The translations under genes and the position numbers were made by a program. The notes under the pieces are model-generated. The model had not been told where the DNA came from. It did not search any database and saw only the letters and a list, made by a program, of their open reading frames with translations. 32,000 nucleotides of DNA from Polynucleobacter campilacus (GTDB lineage: Bacteria > Pseudomonadota > Gammaproteobacteria > Burkholderiales > Burkholderiaceae), in the NCBI RefSeq assembly GCF_002206625.1, contig NZ_NGUP01000003.1:176968-208967 (forward strand), in the 5' to 3' direction. This document shows positions 9,297 to 17,770 of the stretch, in pieces; positions within the stretch are counted from its first letter, which is position 1, and each line of letters begins with the position of its first letter.

Positions 9297-10394
9297 ATTT
9301 ATTTTTTAGCGTACTTAAAAACTGCTTAATTGCTTTATTCTGAACTTCATTCTCATTCGGCGTTACTCCTGCCCCTGAAAGATGCCCCATAGGTGCAGCC
9401 TCATTAATCGCAACATATTTCGCCTGAGGTATATATTTTACTGATTCCTTGGCATCAGATTCTGGATTAAGCAAATCCCCAGTTCCTGCCAGAATCAATG
9501 TCTTTGCTTTGATTGATTTCAATGCAGCAATCGTATCGCCATTAAAACCCTTTGTTTGCCCAATATCATGGCGATCATAAGCGCGAGATTGCCAAATCCA
9601 ATCATTCGCATCCATACGCTTCCAAGAAGCATCCTGTAGCTTATTGAGAAAGTTAATTTCTGCCTCAGGACTATTGAATTGTTGATTTTGGTAGGAAGGT
9701 GTTCTAACAATCACTCCACTTAACCACCCTGCCCATAGGCGCATTCCTTTTTCAACGGGCTTGTCATATTTACCGCCCTGGTAAGCTGAGTCAGTCATGA
9801 TGCTTTGCTAAGCATCTCAAGCACCCCAGAAGTCCATGCATGGGTTTTAGCCAAAGGAATGATGGGTACGATTGACTGCATCGCATTGGGATAAGAAACA
9901 GCCCACTGCAAAGCTTGCATACCGCCCATGGAGGCGCCCACCACTGTCACCAGCTTGGTGATCCCAAAATGCTCCGTCACTAATCGATATTGACTGTTCA
10001 CCATATCTCGGATATTGAACTCTGGAAAACTCACATTGGCCTGTGTTTGGCTATTTGATGGAGAGCTTGTCAAGCCATTGCCTATCGCATCCGTACAAAT
10101 CACAAAATACTTATCTGTATCGAGAGCCCTGCCAGGACCTATTAGGTAATCAATACGGTGATGATTTCCGCCAATCGCAGTCACCATCAAAATGGCATTG
10201 GATTTATCTGCGTTAAGAACACCCTGCGTGGTGAAGGAAATTTTGAAGTTTTCAATAGTGGCCCCATTTTCAAGGACAAGATTGCCCTCTGCATAAGTTT
10301 GATGAGGTGGATCCGTATCTTTGTGGGCGTAAGAGTTTGCCGAGAAAATGGTTAGCGTCAAACACACAACAAGAAAATGTAATTTTGTTTTCAT
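9295..10394 (-). pseudogene. alpha/beta hydrolase (homoserine-acetyltransferase-like esterase fold) split by a frameshift into 199-aa and 167-aa ORFs
   Basis: ORF 9795..10394 has the signal peptide and the nucleophile elbow GASMGG. ORF 9295..9798 has the C-terminal Asp/His part (TGDLLNP...PMGHLS). The two overlap by ATGA at 9795-9798. One extra base there would read through as ...SKAIMTDSAY... Confidence 0.6.
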
Positions 10395-10637
10395 AAGTCC
10401 CCTATTGAATCCTATTCCAAGAATGAAAAATCAGAATTTCCTTAGCATCAAGGTCGTAATCTTTTGCATTATTGGGCTATTTTTTATTTTAAGTATAGGC
10501 CAATGTTCAATATACCCCATGATATTTGAGATGATGATTTCCATCCTTATTCGCTGACTAGAACCTAGGCCTGGGACCAAAGACTGATGAGAGCAGAATT
10601 AGCTGTATATTTAAGCCATTAATGACATTGGAAGATC

Positions 10638-11642
10638 ATGCCTAGAAATATTCTAATAGTTGGAGAATACGGAAAAATATTTCTTGTTCCACTGATCCAG
10701 GCTCTTGGAAAACCCTGGGTAGTTCAACACTGCATTGTTGAACAAGCTAAATCTGAATTGCTGGAGCTTGTATCCAAGGCGCATATTTTGGTTGTATCAG
10801 CTGAGCTGGTTTACTCCAAAGATCCGACCCTAGTAAAGGATCTCATTACGGCAGGTAAGCAACTTCAATTAATCCAAGTGCCATTTTCTGGCATGGAGTG
10901 GCTGAAAAAAGAATGGCTTCCAGCTGGCTGCATCGTTTGCAATACAAATCAGCACTCTGAACCTATCGCCGAATACGTCATGCTGGGTATTTTGGAGTTT
11001 GCTATCAATATGCGCCTCATGGACCGGGAACTCCGCCAGGGTAAATGGACTTACGGTGGCTCTATCGTACGAGGACTGAAACATAGTGAGATTCAACATA
11101 AAACCATTGGCTTTATTGGCTTTGGACATATCGCCAAAAGAGTCACTGAGCTCGCCACTCCTTTTGGGATGGAGTTTATTGCGATTAGCCGCAATCCAAA
11201 GGTAGACGCTAGATTGAAGTGGTGGAAAGACAGTTCACATCTTGAGGCCTTATTGATGGAAAGTGACTACGTTCTCATCACTGCGCCTCTGAGCGAAAGT
11301 ACCAGGGATTTAATAAATGAATCCACACTAAAAAAAATGAAGCCCACTGGTGTCGTCATCAACGTTGCTAGGGGGCCGATTATTAATGAGGTAGCCATTT
11401 ATCAGGCCCTCAAAAACCATGAGATTGGAGGCGCGCTACTGGATGTTTGGTATCAATATGCCAGTACTGATAATTTAGAAATGCGTCCATCAGCGCTACC
11501 GTTCCATGAGCTAGATAACGTCATCATGACTCCTCACACTGCTAGCTGGACTGATCAACTCGATGAAAGAAGGATCGAATCAGTTGTGAAAAATATACAA
11601 AACTTCATAGATCAAAAGCCTTTGGCTGAGCGTGTTTTTTAA
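10638..11642 (+). CDS. D-isomer-specific 2-hydroxyacid dehydrogenase family protein
   Basis: 334 aa with NAD motif IGFIGFGHIAKRV, plus VINVARGPIINE and the catalytic-His region MTPHTAS. Confidence 0.85.
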   Translation: MPRNILIVGEYGKIFLVPLIQALGKPWVVQHCIVEQAKSELLELVSKAHILVVSAELVYSKDPTLVKDLITAGKQLQLIQVPFSGMEWLKKEWLPAGCIVCNTNQHSEPIAEYVMLGILEFAINMRLMDRELRQGKWTYGGSIVRGLKHSEIQHKTIGFIGFGHIAKRVTELATPFGMEFIAISRNPKVDARLKWWKDSSHLEALLMESDYVLITAPLSESTRDLINESTLKKMKPTGVVINVARGPIINEVAIYQALKNHEIGGALLDVWYQYASTDNLEMRPSALPFHELDNVIMTPHTASWTDQLDERRIESVVKNIQNFIDQKPLAERVF

Positions 11643-11664
11643 ACAGCTATAACAACTTGATATA

Positions 11665-12423
11665 TTAGTTTTTATAAGTAGGGTCTAACTTTTCTACAAT
11701 ACGCAGCATTGCGGGCCATTCCATCTCCCCGAATGGCCTTCTGACGTGAGGTTGGTATAGGTGGTGAGTCTTCTGAATGACTTCATCCGGTGGCATCGTT
11801 AATTTAACCCCGGAAGAGAGCGCATCTACCTGAGCCTTACATGCCATTTCTAGCCAATATAAAGTATTAAAGGCTTGGGCTGTACTTGGGCCCACCGCTA
11901 GGAGGCCATGATTCCGCAGAATCATGGCAGTTTGATCACCCAAATCTGCAACTAGGCGTGACTGCTCGTCTAAATCAATCGCAACGCTTTCATAGTCGTG
12001 ATAAGGGATGCCATAAAATCGCATCGATGTTTGTGTAATGGGTAGCAGGCCACATTCCATCGCAGAAACAGCCATACCAGCTCGCGTGTGAGTATGGATA
12101 ACACAGCTGACATTCTCTCTAGCGCGATGCACAGCACTATGAATCACATATCCAGCCTGATTAATCCCAAAATCTGGATTAGGGTTATAGATCACTTCAC
12201 CATCCAAATTAATAGTGATGAGATTAGAGGCAGTGACTTCGTTGTACATCAAACCATAAGGGTTAATTAAAATAAGCTCTTCTGCACTATCAGGAACTCT
12301 AGCGGTAATATGGTTGTATATCAAATCACTCATACCAAAATGAGCGACTAGTCTATAGCAGGCTGCCAAGTCAATACGGGCCTGACGCTCCGCAGGACTA
12401 ACAACATAAGTGGATTTATTCAT
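11665..12423 (-). CDS. class II aldolase/adducin family protein
   Basis: Contains HTHTRAGMAVS and RNHGLLAVG. I prefer ATG 12423 (MNKSTYVV...), 7 nt after the Bug stop, over the track start at 12459, which would overlap the Bug gene by 29 nt. Confidence 0.85.
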   Translation of the reverse strand: MNKSTYVVSPAERQARIDLAACYRLVAHFGMSDLIYNHITARVPDSAEELILINPYGLMYNEVTASNLITINLDGEVIYNPNPDFGINQAGYVIHSAVHRARENVSCVIHTHTRAGMAVSAMECGLLPITQTSMRFYGIPYHDYESVAIDLDEQSRLVADLGDQTAMILRNHGLLAVGPSTAQAFNTLYWLEMACKAQVDALSSGVKLTMPPDEVIQKTHHLYQPHVRRPFGEMEWPAMLRIVEKLDPTYKN

Positions 12424-12430
12424 TACTCTT

Positions 12431-13408
12431 TTATTCCATTGGCTTAATGTTGAAATCACGAATTAACTTTCCAGTATTTTCGTAATCATTTTTTAAGAAC
12501 ACCGAAAATTCTCCAGAGGAAGATGAAGATCTCACCTCAGCCCCACCCTTTGCTAACTTCGCGCGTGTTTCTGGCTCTTGCAATATGAGATTGATTTCAT
12601 TTAATAAGGTTTTCTGAATCGCTGGAGGTAGGCCAACTGGACCAAAAAGTCCTAGCCAAGCTCCAATTTCAAAACCGGGAAAACCTTGCTCAACCACAGT
12701 TGGGATTTCTGGCGCAAGCTCCGTTCTTTTCAGCGTAGCAACTGCCAAGGGCTTTAACTTACCGGCCCGCACCATCGCAATACTGGAAGATAGCGTATCA
12801 AAAGTGACTGGTAATTGCCCACCAATCACATCTGCTTGTGCTTGACTGCTGCCTTTATAGGGAACCTGAGTCATTTCAATATTGGCACGCTTAGCTAGCA
12901 CTGACATCACTAAGTTACTAGTAGCGCCATTGCCAGTAGATCCATAGCTAATCGGGGTTGGGCTCTTTTGCGCATTTGCCAGAAATTGTTGCAAAGTATT
13001 GGCTGGATCATTCGGATTGACCACCATTAAATAGGGTAGCCAGACAAGCATTCCAATTGGTGTGAAATCCGTCAGAGGAGTGTAAGTGAGGGTTTTATAA
13101 ATATGGGGGTTGATCGACATCGGTGCAGAAGCACTGACCAATAAGGTATATCCGTCTGGCTTAGCCTTAGCAGCAATTCCTGCTCCGATACTTCCTGCTA
13201 CGCCCACTTTGTTTTCTACTAAAAATTGCTGTCCCATTCTCTGAGAAAGACGATCGGCCATGATGCGCGTGACTGTATCTGTGCCCGTGCCCGGCGGGAA
13301 ACCAATGATGATCGTTACCGGTCTATCTGGATAAGCCGCCAACGCAACTAAAGAAATGCTGGACAAGGCAGAAAATATCAACGCCTTGACAAAGAATTGA
13401 AGCTTCAC
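12431..13408 (-). CDS. Bug family tripartite tricarboxylate transporter substrate-binding protein
   Basis: Contains AYPDRPVTIIIGFPPGTGTD. The likely start is GTG 13408 (VKLQFFVKALIFSALSSISLVALA signal peptide, G-rich Shine-Dalgarno sequence) rather than TTG 13447. Confidence 0.85.
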   Translation of the reverse strand: MKLQFFVKALIFSALSSISLVALAAYPDRPVTIIIGFPPGTGTDTVTRIMADRLSQRMGQQFLVENKVGVAGSIGAGIAAKAKPDGYTLLVSASAPMSINPHIYKTLTYTPLTDFTPIGMLVWLPYLMVVNPNDPANTLQQFLANAQKSPTPISYGSTGNGATSNLVMSVLAKRANIEMTQVPYKGSSQAQADVIGGQLPVTFDTLSSSIAMVRAGKLKPLAVATLKRTELAPEIPTVVEQGFPGFEIGAWLGLFGPVGLPPAIQKTLLNEINLILQEPETRAKLAKGGAEVRSSSSSGEFSVFLKNDYENTGKLIRDFNIKPME

Positions 13409-13439
13409 TATGCCCCCATTATTTTTAAAGTTTTCCAAT

Positions 13440-14237
13440 TTAAACAATCTTAATGACTAAATCTGGCAATCGATCTATAGAGCAACGAATCACGTCACCC
13501 TTGATGACTGGGCCCACATTTTCAGGAGTTCCCGAGTAGATAATATCCCCAGGGTAGAGCTCGTTAGCTTCGGATAATTTAGAAATTTGCTCAGCTACTG
13601 ACCAAATCATTTGCGATAAATCCGCCTTTTGTTTCACGGCCCCATTGACTGAAAGCTCAATATTCCCCTTGGTGAAATGTCCAATATTGGCAAGCGGGAA
13701 AATGGGGCCAATGGGTGCCGAGCGATCAAAGGACTTACCAATTTCCCAAGGCTTCTTTTGATCCCCCATAAAACGCTGCAGGTCTCTGCGCGTCATATCC
13801 AAGCCAAGTGCATAACCAAATACATGATCAAGTGCTTTTTCAACTGGGATATTCTTGCCGCCTTTGTTTAAGGCCGCAACCAACTCCACCTCATAGTGGT
13901 AATTCTTGGTCAAAGTTGGATAAGGATGATCCACGATTTTATTTGGCGCAACAAACTGAATGGCATCTGTTGGCTTTTGAAAGAAGAATGGGGGTTCACG
14001 CGTCGGGTCAGAACCCATTTCTCTTGCATGCGCTGCATAGTTTCTACCAATGCAATAAATCCTACGCACCGGAAATTCTTGGCTACTACCAGCAATAGGA
14101 ATGTAGACCTGCTCAACATTAAAAGGAGTTTTTACACTCTTGTCATGGGCTTGACTTACGCCTGCACTACTCAGAATAGCCGTACCCACACTCATTTTTA
14201 ATACATTGCGGCGTGTAATATTTTTTTCTTGTGTCAT
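13440..14237 (-). CDS. fumarylacetoacetate hydrolase (FAH) family protein with twin-arginine signal
   Basis: FAH motifs EVELVAAL, GLDMTRRDLQ and PGDIIYSGTPENVG are present. ATG 14237 is preceded by GGGAAG and gives MTQEKNITRRNVLKMSVGTAILSSAGVSQA, a good match to the Tat consensus. Confidence 0.85.
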   Translation of the reverse strand: MTQEKNITRRNVLKMSVGTAILSSAGVSQAHDKSVKTPFNVEQVYIPIAGSSQEFPVRRIYCIGRNYAAHAREMGSDPTREPPFFFQKPTDAIQFVAPNKIVDHPYPTLTKNYHYEVELVAALNKGGKNIPVEKALDHVFGYALGLDMTRRDLQRFMGDQKKPWEIGKSFDRSAPIGPIFPLANIGHFTKGNIELSVNGAVKQKADLSQMIWSVAEQISKLSEANELYPGDIIYSGTPENVGPVIKGDVIRCSIDRLPDLVIKIV

Positions 14238-14383
14238 CTTCCCTATTCCATTTAATACAATCTTTGCAGCCATCAAGATTTGGTTTCTAAGAAATCAATT
14301 TATACAACAATCAGAGGTAGAAATAGACAGTAAATACCCGCATCTATTATTAGAAAAGTATTGCAGATGAAAGTTGGGCTAAA

Positions 14384-15886
14384 TTAAGCCTGCATATAAC
14401 CATATCTGAGATTTGTTCTACCATCCCCATACTGGTCATAATTCACTTTTGCGATAGCAACCTTATCAGTCATTAAGGCGGCTCGTTGTGCAGCGGTAAA
14501 GTTATATAGCCGTGCAGAATTTTCGCCAAAGATTGCTCGCTTGACTGCTCCATCTGCAGAGCCCAGAGGATTAAAACCATATTTTTTCTGCATATCCTCA
14601 GGAATTTCTAATCGACGTAAAGCCTCAATTTGCCATTGAGGGGAGCCTGTCCAGATGGCGTCGGTACCCCAAACAACGTGATCGGCGCCTAAGCCTTGAA
14701 TAAGCTGACCAAGCATCGCGGCGCATAGCCTTGGTTCGGCAATAGTGCTTTGAGCAAAAATTTGACCTAAATCACCATAGACATTCGTGACACCCATTTT
14801 TTGTGGGATCTGGGCTAAATCTGTTACCCAATCAATGCGGCCAGATTGTCTAAACTGCTCCCATCCTATATCCCAGGTTCCACCTGTATAACGAAAAGCA
14901 GAATGGTAAATAACGAAATTTAATTGGGGCCAGTCTTTGGCAGCTTTTGCAACGTCATCTACTTTTGCATAAGCCAATAAGTGAGGATACTGCTGCGTGA
15001 TTGATGGTGGATAAAGACCTTTATGAACACAGACATTCGCTAAGCTTGGCTTAGCTTTACTCCATTTCGCTAACTTTTCATAAAAAGGATAAAGCAATTT
15101 CTCATCATCAAGACGCCAAGGGTGCTTTGAAAGTTGCTTATTAGTGTTATCGCCGATCGTGTAACCCTTAAAAGAGTCTGGCTTTAAATTTTCGTGATCT
15201 GCTTCGGCCTTTTCTAACCAACCCGGCATTCCCGGCATAAAAATGGCATGTGAAAACATTCTTTTAGTACCGGATCCTTGATTCACTGATTCACGCGCCT
15301 GCGCTTTCATTGCATTAGTCAAAAACCAATCTCGGGGATCCTCAGATCCAGAACCAGAAATCAATGCCACTTTAGTATCGCTATCTAAATAAATCTCTTT
15401 AAAGTAATTGGCAAACTTCAAGTCATCTAAGGTTTGTGGTTTACCAACTAAAGCAGGATTCCATGAGGCTTTGCCTACAGCCTCGCGAGATCTCACAAAG
15501 CCTTCTAGCCTGGTATCGTCACGTAAGAAATGGGTATGCATATCCATAATGAACTGATCTTTTAACAAAGCAGATCTTTCATTAGCCAGCTCTGGTGTTG
15601 CGGCCTCGGCATGACTAACGCTGTATAGCGGGCCAAAGGTGTCATTCATTACCAAAAAAGCTGCTGCCATTCCTGCAGCACTTTGAAAAAATCGGCGGCG
15701 AGGTATTCCTTGATGCTTGGCAAGGGCTGTGCCGATATCCTTGATACGAGTCTCAAATTCTTTTTGCTTGGGAGTCTGCACGCCAGGCAAAAACTCATCA
15801 CTTGAAATTGCTTGGGTAGGTATCGGAGAACGAAAACGGGCTTTTTCTGCCGGAATTAGTCCTGCAATCTCATCAGGAGTCATCAT
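14384..15886 (-). CDS. amidohydrolase family protein (Amidohydro_2-like TIM barrel) with internal Tat-like motif
   Basis: 500 aa with DMHTHF (HxH) and VVWGTDAIW. The RRRFFQSAAGMAAAFLV motif sits at about residue 63, after a long N-region. Confidence 0.75.
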   Translation of the reverse strand: MMTPDEIAGLIPAEKARFRSPIPTQAISSDEFLPGVQTPKQKEFETRIKDIGTALAKHQGIPRRRFFQSAAGMAAAFLVMNDTFGPLYSVSHAEAATPELANERSALLKDQFIMDMHTHFLRDDTRLEGFVRSREAVGKASWNPALVGKPQTLDDLKFANYFKEIYLDSDTKVALISGSGSEDPRDWFLTNAMKAQARESVNQGSGTKRMFSHAIFMPGMPGWLEKAEADHENLKPDSFKGYTIGDNTNKQLSKHPWRLDDEKLLYPFYEKLAKWSKAKPSLANVCVHKGLYPPSITQQYPHLLAYAKVDDVAKAAKDWPQLNFVIYHSAFRYTGGTWDIGWEQFRQSGRIDWVTDLAQIPQKMGVTNVYGDLGQIFAQSTIAEPRLCAAMLGQLIQGLGADHVVWGTDAIWTGSPQWQIEALRRLEIPEDMQKKYGFNPLGSADGAVKRAIFGENSARLYNFTAAQRAALMTDKVAIAKVNYDQYGDGRTNLRYGYMQA

Positions 15887-15932
15887 AATTTAAGCTTCCT
15901 ATAGTCAAAAGAGAACCTGCCTGAAACTCAAT

Positions 15933-16115
15933 TTAGGAGTTAGGCTTGATCTTATCGGAATCTTGCTCTTGGTTTTTATCGGTAGCTGCTTGTAGATTCA
16001 AGCTAGGTGCGGACATTTTTTCACCGTCCCATACTTGGCCACACCAGCACTCGCCCGCATCATTGATGATGCAAACACCAGAGCCACAGCAACGCTTATC
16101 TGGAGCCTTCATCAT
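15933..16115 (-). CDS. hypothetical Cys-rich small protein (60 aa)
   Basis: [31 protein letters not shown]... has 5 Cys in the first 26 residues. Its ATG shares one base with the alternative oxidase stop (TAATG). I recognised no family. Confidence 0.45.
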   Translation of the reverse strand: MMKAPDKRCCGSGVCIINDAGECWCGQVWDGEKMSAPSLNLQAATDKNQEQDSDKIKPNS

Positions 16116-16735
16116 TAGGCCTTGTCGTAGTCACTAGCAAATTGATGGTTTGTATCCCGGTGATGGGCCTCATCATTGCGCACAGCAATCACCACATCTC
16201 GTAGAGTTGCACTAGGTTCAAGCTTCCAATAATCAATGGCGATTTGAGGAGCTGGGACATTCTCTATACGACCCTCGTCAATTTCTTTTAGATATTCGGT
16301 ATAGGAATAGACTGCCTCTTCCTCAAAATAGCCAACGATGCGATGGGCAGTTCTTGGAAAGAATACATAAATAATGAAAAAGAAATTCCAGAAAATCGCC
16401 TGCGCAATCAAGACAAGGTAGCGCTCAAACATATTAGGCTTTGCAACCTCAATGAAAGTCATGAGATGCATTCTTTCATTCTCAGCTTCCGCTAAAAGCA
16501 CTCGAATCTTTGGCCCATAGCCAACTTTCATACTCCGTAGGCTGGTTAAATGAGTCCACATTCCAGCAACCATTCCCGGAACCCCCGCAACAGTCTCTAA
16601 AACAACCGCTCGGTGCCCATAGCGCTTCTTAAAAAAAGTATCAGCAAAAAAACGCATGCCTTTAGTAAAAAATAAGGCAACTCGATCAGAAAATCCAAGG
16701 GGTGTGTAGTGGGCTATCTCTTCCATATAAATCAC
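16115..16735 (-). CDS. aox: alternative oxidase (di-iron ubiquinol oxidase)
   Basis: 206 aa with the four di-iron motifs [22 protein letters not shown] and [11 protein letters not shown]. The track start at 16735 is GTG; an alternative ATG lies at 16726. Confidence 0.9.
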   Translation of the reverse strand: MIYMEEIAHYTPLGFSDRVALFFTKGMRFFADTFFKKRYGHRAVVLETVAGVPGMVAGMWTHLTSLRSMKVGYGPKIRVLLAEAENERMHLMTFIEVAKPNMFERYLVLIAQAIFWNFFFIIYVFFPRTAHRIVGYFEEEAVYSYTEYLKEIDEGRIENVPAPQIAIDYWKLEPSATLRDVVIAVRNDEAHHRDTNHQFASDYDKA

Positions 16736-16888
16736 TTTAAATGATTTTTACATTTTACGCCCGCATGAAAATGACACACCCCTAGCCTACCTATCATGAA
16801 AGGGCCATAGCCTAGCAAATCAGCCCTTATTGAGCAGGTTTAAGACTTATTAACTAAACTGAATGAAGACTACATTAATTAAGACACC

Positions 16889-17584
16889 TTGAAACTGCTT
16901 CCAAGCCCTTTTTCTGCCCTCATTATTGGTTCCTCTGGAACCATTGGCGCAGCGTTTATGGAGCTACTTGAAAGTAATCCTCTGTGCTCAAGTGTCGTAG
17001 GTATTCATCGTCACTCAGAACAGAGTATCGATTACCAGCACCCAGACTCAATAGAATCGTGTGCCACAGCACTCTCTCAAGAAGCACCTTTTCAACTCAT
17101 CATTAATACGATTGGCGTCTTGCACACTAGCAATTGGATGCCTGAAAAGAAACTAGATGATCTTAATGCTGATCAACTAGTAGAGCTGATGAAGATCAAC
17201 GCGATTGGTCCAGCACTAACTATTCGGCACTTCTCTAAATTACTAGATCCTAAAAACGGCATCATGGTTACCCTGTCGGCCAAAGTTGGCAGTATTGAAG
17301 ATAACCGTCTCGGTGGTTGGTATAGCTACCGAGCCTCAAAGGCTGCGCTCAATATGCTGATTAAAACAGCCTCCATTGAATGGGCGCGCACCAAGCCGAA
17401 TACTGCCTTGATCGCAATGCATCCTGGTACTGTGAACTCGAGACTCTCAAAACCTTTTCGTGGCGAGCAGATTGGCAGGCCTGCGCACGATGCAGTGGCG
17501 GATATGTTTGCAGTGATTGAAAATTTAAAGAAAGAAGATTCAGGAAGCTTTCTTTCTTACTCAGGTGAAAAACTGCCCTGGTAA
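16889..17584 (+). CDS. SDR family oxidoreductase (CsgA/C-factor-like)
   Basis: 231 aa with IIGSSGTIG and YRASKAALN (YxxxK). The start is TTG and is uncertain by a few codons. Confidence 0.8.
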   Translation: MKLLPSPFSALIIGSSGTIGAAFMELLESNPLCSSVVGIHRHSEQSIDYQHPDSIESCATALSQEAPFQLIINTIGVLHTSNWMPEKKLDDLNADQLVELMKINAIGPALTIRHFSKLLDPKNGIMVTLSAKVGSIEDNRLGGWYSYRASKAALNMLIKTASIEWARTKPNTALIAMHPGTVNSRLSKPFRGEQIGRPAHDAVADMFAVIENLKKEDSGSFLSYSGEKLPW

Positions 17585-17600
17585 AAAGTCAATTACTGAT

Positions 17601-17762
17601 TTAGGCCTGCGACTTAGGTGCTTTTTTCCTACAAGCATCTGAGCAATATTTCACTTCTTCCCAATTTTTGGCCCAAGACTTTCTCCAGGTCATCTCTTTT
17701 TTGCAGACGACGCAAATTTTGCTTGGCAGAAAACTTTTATTACCCTTAAAGGAAGCGCTCAT
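17601..17762 (-). CDS. DUF2256 family small zinc-ribbon-like protein (53 aa)
   Basis: Below the ORF-track cutoff. Translation is MSASFKGNKSFLPSKICVVCKKEMTWRKSWAKNWEEVKYCSDACRKKAPKSQA. The C-x2-C...W-R-K...VKYCS-x2-CR pattern matches my memory of DUF2256. It starts 8 nt after the photolyase stop. Confidence 0.7.
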   Translation of the reverse strand: MSASFKGNKSFLPSKICVVCKKEMTWRKSWAKNWEEVKYCSDACRKKAPKSQA

Positions 17763-17770
17763 CTCAAACC

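Noticed and set aside
10348-10557. 69-aa plus-strand ORF in the divergent intergenic region
   Set aside because: It partly overlaps the hydrolase start, has no Shine-Dalgarno sequence, and its hydrophobic, AT-driven composition is typical of a spurious ORF.
10561-10593. GAACCTAGGCCTGGGACCAAAGACTGATGAG resembles part of the tRNA (13-mer CCTGGGACCAAAG identical; 19/22 over the extension); possibly an old att remnant
   Set aside because: By my estimate about 15 chance 13-mer matches are expected among all position pairs in 32 kb. There is no integrase or repeat partner nearby. The evidence is insufficient.
13677-14201. Cluster of four overlapping 64-101-aa ORFs on both strands
   Set aside because: They lie inside the FAH-family gene, which has clear family motifs. 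They have no start context and their translations look random.
16739-16755. AT-rich palindrome AAATG-ATTTTTA-CATTT upstream of aox, considered as an NsrR-type operator (aox is NO-regulated in Vibrio)
   Set aside because: Only the 5-bp arms match each other, and the spacing and half-sites do not fit the NsrR consensus as I recall it. Such palindromes are common in AT-rich promoters.
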